This document shows positions 1 to 13,384 of a stretch of 64,000 bases of DNA, in pieces (within the stretch, counting starts at the first letter, position 1; every line of letters begins with the position of its first letter). Source of the stretch: Octopus sinensis (Eukaryota); NCBI RefSeq assembly GCF_006345805.1, contig NC_043002.1:52576001-52640000 (forward strand), written 5' to 3'. The notes under the pieces are model-generated. The model was given only the letters and a program-made list of their open reading frames with translations, did no database searches and was not told the DNA's origin. The translations under genes and the position numbers were made by a program.

Positions 1-158
1 GCGGCGGCAGCGGCGGCAGCGGCGGCAGCGGCGGCAGCGGCGGCAGCGGCGGCGGAGGAGGCGGCAGCGGCGGCAGCGGCGGCAGCGGCGGCAGCGGCGG
101 CAGCGCGGTAGCGGCGGCAGCGGCGGTAGCGGCGGCAGCGGCGGCAGCGGCGCAGCGG

Positions 159-189
<31 letters not shown>

Positions 190-652
190 AGCGGCGGAAG
201 CGGCAGCGGCGGTAGCGGCGGTAGCGGCGGTAGCGGCGGCAGCGGCGGTAGCGCGGCAGCGGCGGCGGCAGCGGCGGTTAGCGGCGGCAGCGGCGATAGC
301 GGCGGCAGCGGCGGTAGCGGCGGTAGCGGCGGTAGCGGCGGAAGCGGCAGCGGCGGTACGGCGGCAGCGGCGGCAGCGGCGGCAGCGGCGGTAGCGGCGG
401 CGGCAGCGGCGGCGGAGGAGGCGGCAGCGGCGGCGCGGCGGCGGCGGCGGCGGCGGCTGCGGCGGCGGCGGCTGCGGCGGCGGCGGCGGCTGCGGCGGCG
501 GCGGCGGCGGCGGCGGCTGCGGCGGCGGCGGCTGCGGCGGCGGCGGCGCGGCGGTAGCGGCGGCAGCGGCGGTAGCGGCGGCGGCAGCGGCGGTAGCGGC
601 GGCGGCAGCGGCGGCAGCGGCGGCAGCGGCGGTAGCGGCGGCAGCGGCGGTG
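1..652. repeat. GC-rich 9-mer/trinucleotide tandem repeat (GCGGCGGCA / GCGGCGGTA, central (GCG)n/(GCT))
   Basis: Directly visible; occasional 1-nt dropouts (gcgcgg) suggest consensus errors. Runs off the window start. Confidence 0.95.
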
Positions 653-1155
653 ATGTCGGTCGTCGTTATCGACATGGTTGCTGCTGTTTAATGTGATCGC
701 ATGCATAAACAGAGCTCCCCATGGAAGTTGATTTCTTCACCATTTTACAAGATGAAAGAAAAATTATTTTGTCTGCTTCTTTTTTCTGTTCTGAATAACA
801 AAAGAGTTTTTTTGAATATTTAACCTCCATCCTATTTTTGTGAGTTGGAAAAAAGTTTTGTGAAAATTTTCTTCTACTATGTACATTATTACCAAACAAC
901 CATCTGCAATACTGTCAGTATTTCAAATTGGCTACATCAGTTGTTGCAACAAAAGAATAAATCACAATGATAGTATCAATTCAAACGCTCCCAAATTATT
1001 TTTCATATACGAAAACAAAGACTAAAAAACCAGGCAATATGGAAATTAAACTAACGCACAGTTTCAAACAAAATATTTAAGGCCCAAAATTTCAAAGTAG
1101 TGGAAACGCCAATGTAAATAATAAAAACAACGACGACTTAAATAATGAAAACGTA

Positions 1156-1321
1156 GGTGCATGAGTGGATGTGTGGTAAGTAGCTTGCTTACTAATAACA
1201 TGGTTCTGGCTTCCGTTCCACTGTGTGGCACATTGGGCAAGTATCTTCTACTATAGCCTCGGGTCGACCAGACCAAAACCTTGTGAGTGGATTTTGGTAG
1301 ACGGAAATTGAAAGAAGCCCG

Positions 1322-1364
<43 letters not shown>

Positions 1365-1631
1365 TGTATATATATATGTATATTTATGTATATATATGTG
1401 CATATATATATATATATGTGTGTATGTTTGTGTGTGTGTGTCCCCAACATTGCTTGACAACCGATGCTGGTGTGTTTACGTCCCCGTAACTTAGAGGTTC
1501 GGCAAAAGAGGGCGATAGAATAAGTACTAGGCTTACAAAGAATAAGTCCTGGGGTCGATTTACTCGACTGAAGGCGGTGCTCCAGCATGGCCGCAGTCAA
1601 AATGACTGAAACAAGTAAAAGAGTAAAAGAG
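1156..1631 (+). mobile_element. tRNA-derived SINE family A (internal TA/TG microsatellite, AAAAGAGT tail)
   Basis: A-box-like TGGATGTGTGG and degenerate B box, then 'ttgggcaagtatcttctactatagcc'. Colinear along its whole length with the copy at 52147-52560. Confidence 0.9.
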
Positions 1632-1699
1632 ATGACAATAACAGTAACTCATATTTTGCTAGTGTTGTGAGTCTAAGGAATACATTCAACATGAACCAG

Positions 1700-2200
1700 T
1701 GCCGAGCAAAAGAAAAGGTGTAGAAAAGGTGCGTCGAGAAATACAATATCGCTTTGCCCATAGACATATCTTAGGCAAAGGAAAGAAAAAAGTAACCTGT
1801 CAATGTTTTGCAAAGTACGAAGAAGGCTTTCATATGTCATGATTCTATGGGAGTGCCAACTGGCAGGTTGCAGAATGTGTGTGCCTTCAGCAATATATGG
1901 GAGCTTACATCTGTTATTTAAGATTGATAGTATAGTAAGCAAGCCCATCCACAGGCTAGTGCTGCAATACAAGAGAATGCAAGGATTATAGATAGAAGTG
2001 TTGATACTGACATAAATCCGTGACTTTTACAGTAAAATACGAGTAGGTAGTGAGTAGAGAAGCGACACGCAAAATCATATGATCAGGTGGGATCTGCATG
2101 AATCTTCTGGTTCTCATGATCTCGAAGACTACAAGGCTATCCAGAAGTATAAGCTATTGTGGGAACAAAAAGAGGCTGGAACTGATGGTGCAGAACAGAA
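1700..2200 (+). pseudogene. Highly degenerate RTE-like LINE reverse transcriptase remnant (tentative)
   Basis: Fragments resembling EKAF..(IW)W and SKIRVGSE...VG of RTE RTs in broken frames. Confidence 0.3.
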
Positions 2201-2376
2201 GGCCTAGTAGCTATATGGGGAGTAGTAAAAGCTCAAAAGAGGTAGGTGTGCCAGCAGACAGCAGCATAGATAAAGGGCAACAGCAAACCATGAAGTGAAA
2301 ATGGCAGAGAGGCACGGCGAGGGCACATACACACACATACACAAACACAAACACACATACTTTTATAAATACATAT

Positions 2377-2454
<78 letters not shown>

Positions 2455-2463
<9 letters not shown>

Positions 2464-4128
2464 TAGAGACAAAACCACTATTTTGCAAAACAAACAAGGA
2501 AAGACTTAATCAATACATAAAATTTTAATAAAAAGTTAAAAAAACCGTCACTACAATTGTTTCATGTCTTGAATGACAATCTTCAGGTGGATTTCCGATC
2601 TAAAATATCAATATTTTAAAATATAAGTATAAAAATAATTTTAAAATAATTAAAGTATCAATGAAAAAATATAAATATATAATCTATATATAACCTATAT
2701 ATAATCCATATATAATCAATATATAAACTAAAATAAACCTATCAACAATTAAATATAAAACAAAATAAAAATAAACTATATATACACACATACGCATACA
2801 CATATAACTAAGTATACATAACCATATCTAAATACATACACTAACTCACACACCTATATATATATCCCTATACATACACATAAAAACGTCTAGGAAACGA
2901 TAAATAAATAAAATAGCCAAATACTTCAACACAATACTTATTCATACTCCCTCACACACACATACAACCCACATTCATAAACAATATACGTATACCCGCT
3001 CACACATACATATACAAACATACAGAACTCGATATATACACCAATATATTCACACCCACATCTATACAGATAAATAAATTACGCAAACAATCACACACAC
3101 ACACACACACATTCACACATACATAAACACTCAAAAGAAAAATAAACAATTCTTTGCACGTGGTGATCGAACATTTTTTTTAAAAATTATGAATGGAATA
3201 ATATATAATCAACGTAAATATACAGAATTTACTACAAATCATTAATAAACCATCATGATAAATCAAACCCATATATACATATAATGATAAAACTCCCTTT
3301 ACCATACACAATTATACCTATATAGCAATCTCCATATATACATTCACACACAAATATACATACGTAAAACACACACACACAACATATACGTATACCCCCT
3401 CACATATACATATACATACGTACTAAACTCGATATATACAACAATATGTTCACACCCACACTCATACAGATAAATAAATTACACAACTAAAATACGCACA
3501 CACACACACATTCACACATACATAAACACTCAAAAGAAAAACAACATTACTACACATAATACGATATATATAAAATAATTCATAAGTAACCAGAATATCA
3601 TAAGTAACAAGATTAACATAAGGAGAAAAAAATATACATACTTTCAAATCAGTTTCAATTTATGAAGTGAAATTAAACTCTAGCCGTTAAAAACGTCAAA
3701 CAAAATTACGTTACCATAGGAACCTAACATATGTATAAAAAGTCTTCGCGCTCTGGAAACAAACGTCATTTAAAATTATGAATGGAATAAATGGAATTAA
3801 AATTATATTCGCGTGGTAAACGAACATTACTTAAAAATTATGAATGGAATAATGTAATAAAATAACAAACATCATAAATAGACATAAATTACTACAAATT
3901 CTTTAATAAAACTACCATGATAAACTAAAACTCATAAATACAAATAATGATAAAACCTCCCTTTACTAAACACTATAACATACCTATATAGCAATCCCCC
4001 TAACCTATACATTCACACACAAATACACACACGTAAACCACACACATTATATAATATTTTACTATAAAATTGGATTTAATCCTAAATCTGATTTTTTCCC
4101 TGTAGATTTGGATTTATTCCCTAATATT

Positions 4129-4135
<7 letters not shown>
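2455..4135 (-). mobile_element. Penelope-like element terminal region(s) (pLTR) with internal ~400-bp duplications
   Basis: Hammerhead at 2549-2590. AC-rich body with repeated blocks (2980-3140 vs 3380-3545; 3160-3380 vs 3810-4045). Flanked by (TA)n. The right end (4060-4130) resembles the tail at 36810-36880. Confidence 0.65.
2549..2590 (-). ncRNA. Minimal type I hammerhead ribozyme
   Basis: Minus strand: cac-CTGAAGA-t-tgtc-attcaa-gaca-t-GAAAC-aatt-GTA-gtg. Stem I cac/gtg, stem II tgtc/gaca, palindromic stem III ACAATTGT. Confidence 0.85.
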
Positions 4136-4177
<42 letters not shown>

Positions 4178-4179
4178 AT

Positions 4180-4301
4180 AATAAACCTTTACATAAATAA
4201 ATAACGTGAAATACACGAAGGGACGAACAAAAAGACAAACGGGTCATTCAAAGCCTTCATTCTTCAGTCAGAAACTGATCCCTCATCGCAGATTTCGGCT
4301 G
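4180..4301 (-). mobile_element. Truncated terminal fragment of the same repeat family as 36901-37796
   Basis: Reverse complement aligns with 37595-37700 (cagccgaaat...ctgactgaaga...gaatgacccgt...gtgtattt). Confidence 0.75.
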
Positions 4302-4327
4302 TGTGTGTATATGTGTGCGTGTATGCA

Positions 4328-4386
<59 letters not shown>

Positions 4387-5314
4387 AAGTATTCTCTGTC
4401 GATAATAAATGTGCTCTGAAATTAGATCCTTACCTATTTGTCCCACTGCGCAGCACATGGGAAAATGTCTTCTACCGTAGCCCTTGCCTAATTAATTGAG
4501 TGAATTTAGCTATCGAAAACTGTGAAAAAAGCCCGTTGCATTTACATGCCTATTCGTCTGTGTGTGTGGGCATGCTCCTGTATGTTTGTGTTTGTCTTTC
4601 TTCGTCGCTTTGTTCCTATGTGGGATCGCTTAACTACTCGTGTTAGTTGGTTTATGTCCACTTAACATAGGTGTTCGGCAAAAACAGAGATCGATGTAAT
4701 AAGCATCTGGCTTTAAATTAAAAATAAATACTGGGATCAATTTGATCGACATAACTATTTAAGGGACATTTTTCCTAGCAAATCCGCTACCTAGGAGACC
4801 AATTAAACAACTGTGATAAGCCTATTCACCAAAGTTATCATGAGACAGATTTAACAGCTATTATATATACGTCAGCAATCAAAGAGATACTAATTTGATG
4901 CCTGGTACTGCATCAGAGCATTCAGTACTGCATCAGCAGACGCCATCAAAGTGACTCTGGGTTACCAATATACTTTATGGTGGTTTGACAACACGAAGGT
5001 TATTTAACCAGCCAGCCTCTTATTTTATTGGTCATTAACCCTAAAATCGAACTTTAAAAAATCGAACCGATGAGACACTCCATCCATGATCACCTACTTC
5101 TTTTGTAAGGTATTGTGTATCTTGGTCTACGTTATTCAATGTGCCCTTGTCCCCTTTGAAAATGTAATTTTAAAGATTTGTTGGTTTAGAAGGGCTGTTC
5201 ATTTTTTACTGTTGTATTTTTTGTGTGTGTGTGGCGCCGTTAATTGTTCCAGCCTTGAATAGAATCACAAATTTTGTTGACGTCGATGACAATTGAAAGG
5301 TACACATATTAGGC

Positions 5315-6320
5315 TCTCTTGTTGTTGCTGTTGTTGAAATTATTGTCGTTGTTGATGTTGATGTTATTTTTGCAAATGTACTTTTTAAATGCTGTAGCTG
5401 TCATTATTTTCGTTGTTTTTATTTTCATTTTGCATGACGATGATGATGGTGTTATTGATGGTGTGGTGGCAATAGTGGCGGCGGAGGTAGTGGTGATAGT
5501 GGTGGTTGTTATTGTTGGTGGCGGTAGGTGGGTGATGATGATCATCATCATTATCATGATCATGGTCATGGTTATGATGGTGGTGGTGGTGGTGGTGGTG
5601 GCAATAGTGGCGGCGGAGGTAGTGGTGATAGTGGTGGTTGTTATTGTTGGTGGCGGTGGGTGATGATGATGATCATCATCATTATCATGATCATGGTCAT
5701 GGTTATGATGGTGGTGGTGGTGGTGGTGGTGGTGGTGGTGGTGGTGGTGGCGGTGGCGGTGGGTGATGACATGATGGCGATGGAAATGGTGACGTTCGTT
5801 GTTGTTATCGTTGCTGAAACCCATCCAGTCCTCTTCGTGTGAGGTTAGACAGTTGGGTTGTCGATGCGTGGTTCCATGCGATGATCTAAATCCGGCAGTG
5901 TGCGGGATGAAACTTGTGGGCGTACCGAAGGAGGATGAGAAGGATTACAGCTACGAACACTACGCCAACAGATCTAGCTACGTAGGTGATGATGATGATG
6001 ATGACGACGACGATGGTGGTGGTGGTGGTGGTGGAGATGATGCGGAGGAGGAGGAGGAGGAGGAGGAGGATAGGGATATTTTGTTTCCGCTGTTGCTGCT
6101 GTCGTCGCTACTTTACTTTTAAATGTTGAATGTCTTTTTTTGTTTTTTTTTATTCAAAGTGTCTTATTTTTATTCTCGTCTTCGTTTCGGTTGCTGCACG
6201 ATGATGATGACGATGACGATGACGATGACGATGATGATGATGACGTTGATGGTGACGATGGTTGTGGTGGTGCTGGTGCTGGTGGTCGTGCTGCTGGTGC
6301 TGGTGGTGCTGGTGGCAATA

Positions 6321-6361
<41 letters not shown>

Positions 6362-6754
6362 AACATTGATGATGGTGGAGGTAATGATGTTAATAGTGCT
6401 AGTTATGGTGGCAAATGATATTCATCATATTTACTAAATTGATTTAAGCTTTGTTGTCTTAGTAATCCATAATGTTGTTGTTACTACTACTGCTGTTGTT
6501 GCTGTTGTTGTCGTTGTTCTTGTTCTTGGTCTTGTTCTTGTTGGTTGGCTTAGTAATGTTTGTTCGCAACGTTCCTCAGCCTTGCTTTTGTGTAGGCGTT
6601 GCTGTTGATGCTATTGTTGTGGTGTTGTGTTGTTACTGTGGTTGGTGTTGGTGATGGCGTTAATGGGGCTGATGGTGCTGCTGCTACTGCTGCTGCTGTT
6701 CTTAGTGATTGTGGTGTTACTATTCCAGTGTACTTCTATGTTACAACCATTGAT

Positions 6755-6794
<40 letters not shown>

Positions 6795-7065
6795 ACATTT
6801 CCTTCTTCTAAGTGTTATTTATGTCTTCGGTGCTACCAACTTATGGATGATTTTCTCTTGAATGAAGATGATAATTTGGATGATGAATAATGATGGTGAT
6901 CATCATCGTCAACATCATCGTCATTATCCTCATCGCCATCATCATCATCATCGTCATCATCATCATCATCATCACCACCACCATCTTCATCATCGTCATC
7001 ATCATCATCATCACCACCACCATCTTCATCATTATCATCATCATCACCATCATGATCATCATCAC

Positions 7066-7100
<35 letters not shown>

Positions 7101-7130
7101 CCATTATCATCGTGATCGTGATTTGCATCG
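5315..7130. repeat. Island of mixed trinucleotide repeats (GTT, GAT, GGT, GAG, CAT) including a 132-bp tandem duplication
   Basis: Visible; 'gcaatagtggcggcggagg' recurs at 5469 and 5601. Confidence 0.9.
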
Positions 7131-7649
7131 TCTTTGTTTGTTTTTTATTGTTTATCTCGCTGTTGCGGAACCCATTTGTGCCAGTGTGCATTCCGCAGTC
7201 CTTATTGATCATGGACTTGGTCAGGTGGCATGTAACCGTCCAGCAAATATTCCAGATTCAGTCTCAGACGCCAGCCAGACAATGACGTTTTTTTTTTTTT
7301 TTGTTTCGTTTTCATCTTTTCCTTCTTTCATTGCCAACTCGTAGTTTTACATTGCTGAGAAATGTCTGAATTAAATTAAATTTCCGTTAAACGTTGTGAA
7401 GAGCTGGAGTAATTCGCATAAGCGATGATACTTGTAACGTCTATTGTGGAACAGAACTAGGTATTGTGAAGGCCAGAGGGTGTAAATATGAATTTATTTT
7501 TAGCATTTTTGCCTCATGGTGTTGATGCTCTTTAGCTGAGGTTATTGATTTTTAATTGCCATCGATGGTTCTGGAACTCTGCTTCGATTTTTTTTTCTAC
7601 AGGAGTTGGCTCTATACAAACCCAGTTTTGCCTCTGGGAAGCAGCGGTC

Positions 7650-7780
7650 TGTTTTGGTCTGGTCTCTTTGCTTTGACATATCGAGCATGGGCGGCCTTGC
7701 CAGAAGCTTGCGCCTCGTTAGTAAAGCTCTTAGGGTCAGGATCACTGAGACACACAAACACCTCACCGCAACAAGGACTG
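7650..7780 (-). mobile_element. Orphan 5' UTR fragment of an RTE-clade LINE
   Basis: Minus strand CCTTGTTGCGGTGAGGTGTTTGTGTGTCTCAGTGATCC...GAGC...GGCCGCCCATG...GAGAGACCAGACCAAAA follows the conserved RTE/BovB-type 5' leader pattern (recognised from memory). Confidence 0.6.
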
Positions 7781-7863
7781 CATCTCATGGCGGGGGGAGG
7801 GGTTAAGTGTGTGTGTGTATGCGTTCATGCGTGTGAGTATTTGTGTGTGCGCGTGTGTGTGTG

Positions 7864-7910
<47 letters not shown>

Positions 7911-7921
7911 ATTGCTTGTTA

Positions 7922-8078
7922 CGGCGGTGAGCTGCAGAGTCGTTAGCACACCGGAATTTCGTCCGTCGTTAATACCGCCACGGTCGACTTTGCCTTTCAT
8001 CTTTTCGTGGTCAATGAAATGAGCACTGTTATCGACTTCCTTCCTAGAAATTGCTGGCCTTGTACCAAAGTCTGAAAC
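7922..8078 (+). mobile_element. SINE family B, degenerate
   Basis: ggcggtgagctgcagagtcgttagc...ggtcgactttgcctttcatc; a further eroded copy follows at ~8195-8390. Confidence 0.75.
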
Positions 8079-8133
<55 letters not shown>

Positions 8134-8522
8134 GCTGTTATTGTTGCTGATACTGCTGCTGCTGCTGTTGTTGTTAACTCAAGTATATAAGAGCAATGGA
8201 TTGGCAGAATAGTTCAGCATCGAACTAAATGCCTTGTGGTATTGTTTCGGCTCTTCGTGCTCTGTGTTCAAATGCCGCAAAAGCCAGTTTTGCCTTTCAT
8301 CTTGACGTTAACAATATGAAATAAAGTACTGGAGTAAATATATAACCTGCTTTCCTCTCACAAAATGTCGGTCCTTGTGCTTATTCGAGAATCAGTAATT
8401 ATCTGTGTGATATGCATTGAGTACTGATTCCCGAGGTTTGTACTAAGAGAAACACATACATGCCTATGTGTGTTTGCTTGTGTGTGTAGCATATACACAC
8501 ACATATACATACATACACACAC

Positions 8523-8585
<63 letters not shown>

Positions 8586-8919
8586 TCTTGGGCATGCGCG
8601 CTCGCTCAGGCATAGTGTTTGAAGACTGAATGTTTTGGAACAATTTCAACAATATGCCCTGCTGTTTTTTATGGTATATTTTGTTACTGTTGTTGTTGTT
8701 GCATTTCTTATTGTTGTTTCTATGGATAATGTTATTGGCTTCATTAATTTCTACATCTATTTTGATATAATTATTATTTATGTTTTATGCGGGTGTCTAA
8801 CCCTAGCACGTCTTTGTTTATATTATGCTCGAGTGTAATAAAGGCTATTTATTATCATTACCATCATAATCATCATTATCGTCATTCTATTTTTATTCTT
8901 GCTATGATCTTTTGCTCTC

Positions 8920-9055
<136 letters not shown>

Positions 9056-9919
9056 TTTTGTTACAAAAGCGTTGAAAGCATCAAACAAAATCTATACAAT
9101 GTTTAGTTACGTCCCTTAAAGTTCCAAACTGAAATAATGTTCCGTTCAACTTTGCTTTCTTCCTACTATGAGTCGATAGATTATAGTACTGGTCAAGTAT
9201 TGTAGTTGATGTTATCGACTATATCCATTCCATCAACTAAACGTCTGGCTTTGTTCCAACGTTACAAATCATATTTGTTTCTTTTTACCTATTGTTTTAG
9301 CTCTATAACCTGTCTTTCACTACGTTTCTGAATACAGCTCTGTGTGCCATAAGTAGGTGCAACGCTTTACTCTGTTTTTTACATTTGTTTTTTTTTTACT
9401 ATTGAGTTCTAGTAGTGCTATTTTTTTTTTTTTTTTTGGTATATGGTGCATGTTTGTAAATCTTATAGTTTGGGAACGGAGATAGAAGGTGACTATTGAC
9501 ACGAAATAGGCTGAGAAGATACTTTCGTTGAAAAGTTAGGCAAAGCTATTGAATACCTACATCACGTCTTGTGATATCTGACTAACAAACGTTTGTTGTT
9601 TCACATGTTTTACCAGACTAGGGCGTATGCTTTTTTTTCAGTTTTTTAAGAAGGGATGCATTCTACTAGTCAGATGAACAATCTTCTGCCACCATTCTCT
9701 CGAAGCCAGACTCGGTACGCTATGGCTGAAGATATGCAGGAATGTGCTGTGAGGCTGCTGTATTTCCAGATGTTATTCGATGGAAAGTGTGATCGCCGTT
9801 AATTAGGCACGTTTACCTATGACTCGACCCTTTGATGGACCTGCAGGCATAGTTCCAGTGAAAACCAAAGCAGAGAACATGGTTTATGAAATGTTTTCAG
9901 GCGTACACAATATTCAGTG

Positions 9920-10060
9920 ACATGCTTAACGACATTCCGTTCGCCTTTGCCTTTCATCGTTTCGGGGTCGATAAAATAAGCCCCAGTTGAGCACTGAGGT
10001 CGATGTAATCGACTTTTCACCCTTCCCCGAAATCGGTAGCCTTGTGTCACAATATAAAAT
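9920..10060 (+). mobile_element. SINE family B 3' part
   Basis: ctttgcctttcatcgtttcggggtcgataaaataag...gaggtcgatgtaatcgact. Confidence 0.75.
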
Positions 10061-10946
10061 CATTATTTATGTTTTTGTTCTTGTTTATTATTCTTGTTTA
10101 TTGTATATCGTTTCAAGCCTTGCGCATTTAGTAGAAAAAATTATTGTTATATCGTCTTTCATCTCCTTCCTTCAGTTTTATCTAACCTGTCTGTCCCAGT
10201 TCAGATCTGTTTGTAAGTCCCCTGTTTAAAGTATATTGCATTTTATTGTATGCTTCTGGCACTTGTGACTAATAAATAAACAATTATTATTATGCATACG
10301 TTAAAATGCTCTCAGGATACAGACAGTGTTTGTAATTATAATACTAATATTTTAAGGAAAATAACAGAACGTTATATCTTCTCATACTTTCTCACCTAGA
10401 TAATAAGTGGTTAATGCCTAAGAAGTCATTGCTATGAATATTTTTTTTTGTTGGTTTTGGTTCTGATTTTTGTTGGTTTTCGAGTTGTTTACTACTATTG
10501 TTATTGCAGCTGTTAAAACGTGTTTTCGAGTGAGATTTTTTTCGTTGTCGTTTGTATATCCCATGGTGCCATCTCTGTTTCTGAGTTCCATTGTTATAGA
10601 GAAAATTTATATGTACATCTTAAAGAAAAGAAAAAAAATGACAACCTTGTTAAGTAGATGCAATTTTTTCTCCTAAATCAACAGAATCATGAGGTGAGCA
10701 GATCTCTGATATTTCAAATAAGAAATACAGCATTTTTGATAATGATAATTTCTGTTACCAAGGCCAACCAGAATTTATTGGCAACGTTAGAGTAACGCAT
10801 CTAGTTGTTTTTTTCCCTAGTGTCTCATCACTATAATAACAATAAGAATTATTATTATTATTAGAAGAAGAAGAAGAAGAAGAAGAAGAGAAGAAGAAGA
10901 CGAAGAAGAAGAAGAAGAAAATAACAACAGCAATAATAATTATAAC

Positions 10947-11010
<64 letters not shown>

Positions 11011-11020
11011 TAATGATAAT

Positions 11021-11540
11021 AAAGAAGTTAGCACAAAAAGAATATAAGCACAGGTATGACTATGTGGGTGAAAGAGTGCATTGAAATGTTAGCCGAGTAT
11101 GTGAATTCAAGGTAGCAGAAAAATGGTTTGAAGACGTGTCAGAGTGTGTGACAAGAGATTACAAGGTTTTGTAGGATTTTCCCATAAAAACTGACCATAC
11201 TATTGAAGCAAGAATACCAGATATGGTTATACAGGACAAAAATACAAACAGTTAAAGATCTTTGCAATATCATACAATAGTTGAGTAAATACTAAAAGAA
11301 TGAGGACATATGAGAAATATCAGAACCAGGCCAAAATCGCGAAGAGATTATGAAAGACTTCGATGTCAATTGTTCGTGCGGCAATTGGTGCCCTTGGTAC
11401 GAGAGCTAAACTGCCACGTAAGAGGCTCAAGGAGATTGGATTTTGAAACTCAAATTGTCAGCCTGTAGAAAAGTGCCATATGCAAAAATTCAAAGAAAGG
11501 TTCTAGAGATTTGATGAAAGCTGTTGTCACCAAATGTCAA
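11021..11540 (+). pseudogene. R4/Dong-clade non-LTR retrotransposon 3' fragment (restriction-like endonuclease domain), degenerate
   Basis: Translates KLAQKEYKHRYDYV...KWFE...VL*DFPIKTDHTIEARIPDMVIQDK...EKYQ...RL*...AIGALG, matching the RHD / PD..DK / IGALG pattern. Directly follows (TAA)n at 10930-11020. Confidence 0.8.
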
Positions 11541-11601
11541 GCTAACTAATTATATCATCTTATAGCTTTATTATAGTACATAGATCGAGATAGAGAGATA
11601 G

Positions 11602-11644
<43 letters not shown>

Positions 11645-11660
11645 CAGATGGATAGCTAGC

Positions 11661-11730
<70 letters not shown>

Positions 11731-11734
11731 CATA

Positions 11735-12067
11735 TTAAGATCCTCTTCGGTCATGACTGACCGTGGGATTGCACCTATAAAGTTACCCTCCCAGGCAAAA
11801 GTCCGGGCAAGGTTGTTTATGGAAGACCAGCAGTCGCCCTTGCATACCGGCCCCCCTCTCCACGCCACCACTGTTATCCAAGGGGAAGGAAACAGCAGAG
11901 ACCGCTTGGCACTTGTGACGTCGCAACTCATTTCTACAGCTGAGTGAACTGGAGCAACGTGAAATAAAGTGTCTTGCTCAAGAACACAACACGCAGCCCA
12001 GTCCGGGATTCGAACTCACAACCTCACGATCGTAAGCTCGACGCTCTAACCAGTGAGCCATGCGCCT

Positions 12068-12071
<4 letters not shown>
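11735..12071 (-). mobile_element. tRNA-derived SINE family C (CORE-like body, possibly RTE-derived 3' part)
   Basis: Minus: A box TGGCTCACTGG, B box GTTCGAATCC, then tgtgttcttgagcaagacactttatttcacgttgctccagttcactcagctgtagaaatgag. Confidence 0.85.
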
Positions 12072-12119
<48 letters not shown>

Positions 12120-12212
12120 TTATTTATTTATATATATACACATACACACGCACACATATACATATATATGTATATATGTATGTGTATGTATATATATATA
12201 TATATATATACA

Positions 12213-12424
12213 TATAACGGGAAGCTTTATGAAAATAAACAAAAGACGAAGGCAGGTGGAGTACAAACAAACAATTGTATTAGTATGGCGCTCAGAAATA
12301 TAAATAAAACAAGTGTTTTACGTTTCGAGCCTACGCTCTTCAACAGAAAGATACACAGGAAAGAAACACGGAGAGAAACAAGGGGAGAAAAAAATGCGTG
12401 CAGAAGCTAGCGATTTAACATGGC

Positions 12425-12426
<2 letters not shown>
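12213..12426 (-). mobile_element. Penelope-like (Neptune-type) 3' terminal fragment
   Basis: Contains the hammerhead at 12316-12349; similar to 51604-51810; flanked by (TA)n and (GA)n. Confidence 0.75.
12316..12349 (-). ncRNA. Minimal hammerhead ribozyme, CUGUUGA core variant
   Basis: Minus: ttt-CTGTTGA-a-gagc-gtag-gctc-GAAAC-GTA-aaa. Confidence 0.7.
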
Positions 12427-12512
<86 letters not shown>

Positions 12513-13384
12513 ACAATGAGTACGTTTAGACATATTGAATGTATATGATAATACGGATAATATAATTTTCAATATTGAGTTCATTGTTATGGTTTGCAAA
12601 AGTCTTCTCGAGTCTAATACTTGATTGTTTACCTTAATATAAAGACGAATACGCGGTGATGTGTATATATCTAACTGAAATCTTCATTTTTATCTACCTC
12701 CCTAAGCTAGCCAAGCTATAAAAATATCGATTAGTAGTAATTCTAAGGACAAATAGAGCCTCATCAACATGCCGAAACAAAGATGCTTTGATTTTCAATC
12801 ACTCTCAGTTATTTCGACTATCTGAAAATAGCTTTATTCATTGTACAGCTACATATTTACAGTCATTTAAATGGGAATATTTTGATAAAGTGAAACGAAA
12901 TGTATTTCATAATGGGTAGAGAATAAAACTTTAATTCGAAATTCAAAAATAATTCCAAATGTAATGTTTCCTTTTTTATATTTTTATATAATTTATCACT
13001 TTTCTTTTAAAATGTTATAGATTTGTCCGAAATCTGTGTATTTACATTAATAAAGGGGTTTTTATTTGCTAGTTTTTGTGTTTTCTTTTTCTTTTTCTTT
13101 TTGAAAATACAGTTTTTAATCTCAAGCGCTTTTACTATCAGACATGCCATGGTTTGGTAAACACACACAATTGGTTGTCGCCCGATCTGCTGCGTACGTC
13201 AGCCGAGGTTCTCATAAATCATGCGTTTCAGCAACTTCTATATTTAACAATATATTCAATAACAGCTTGACGCAGCTGCACATGACTTAAATTTTCGTGG
13301 GCGCGTAGGATTCATCCATCTCATTATTTGGAGACAGATTCACTCACTTGTGTGTATGTGTATATGTATATATATATAATTTAT

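Noticed and set aside
278-706. Protamine-like RRC/poly-Ala/poly-Pro ORF
   Set aside because: Pure translation of the GCG 9-mer repeat; the frame changes coincide with single-base dropouts.
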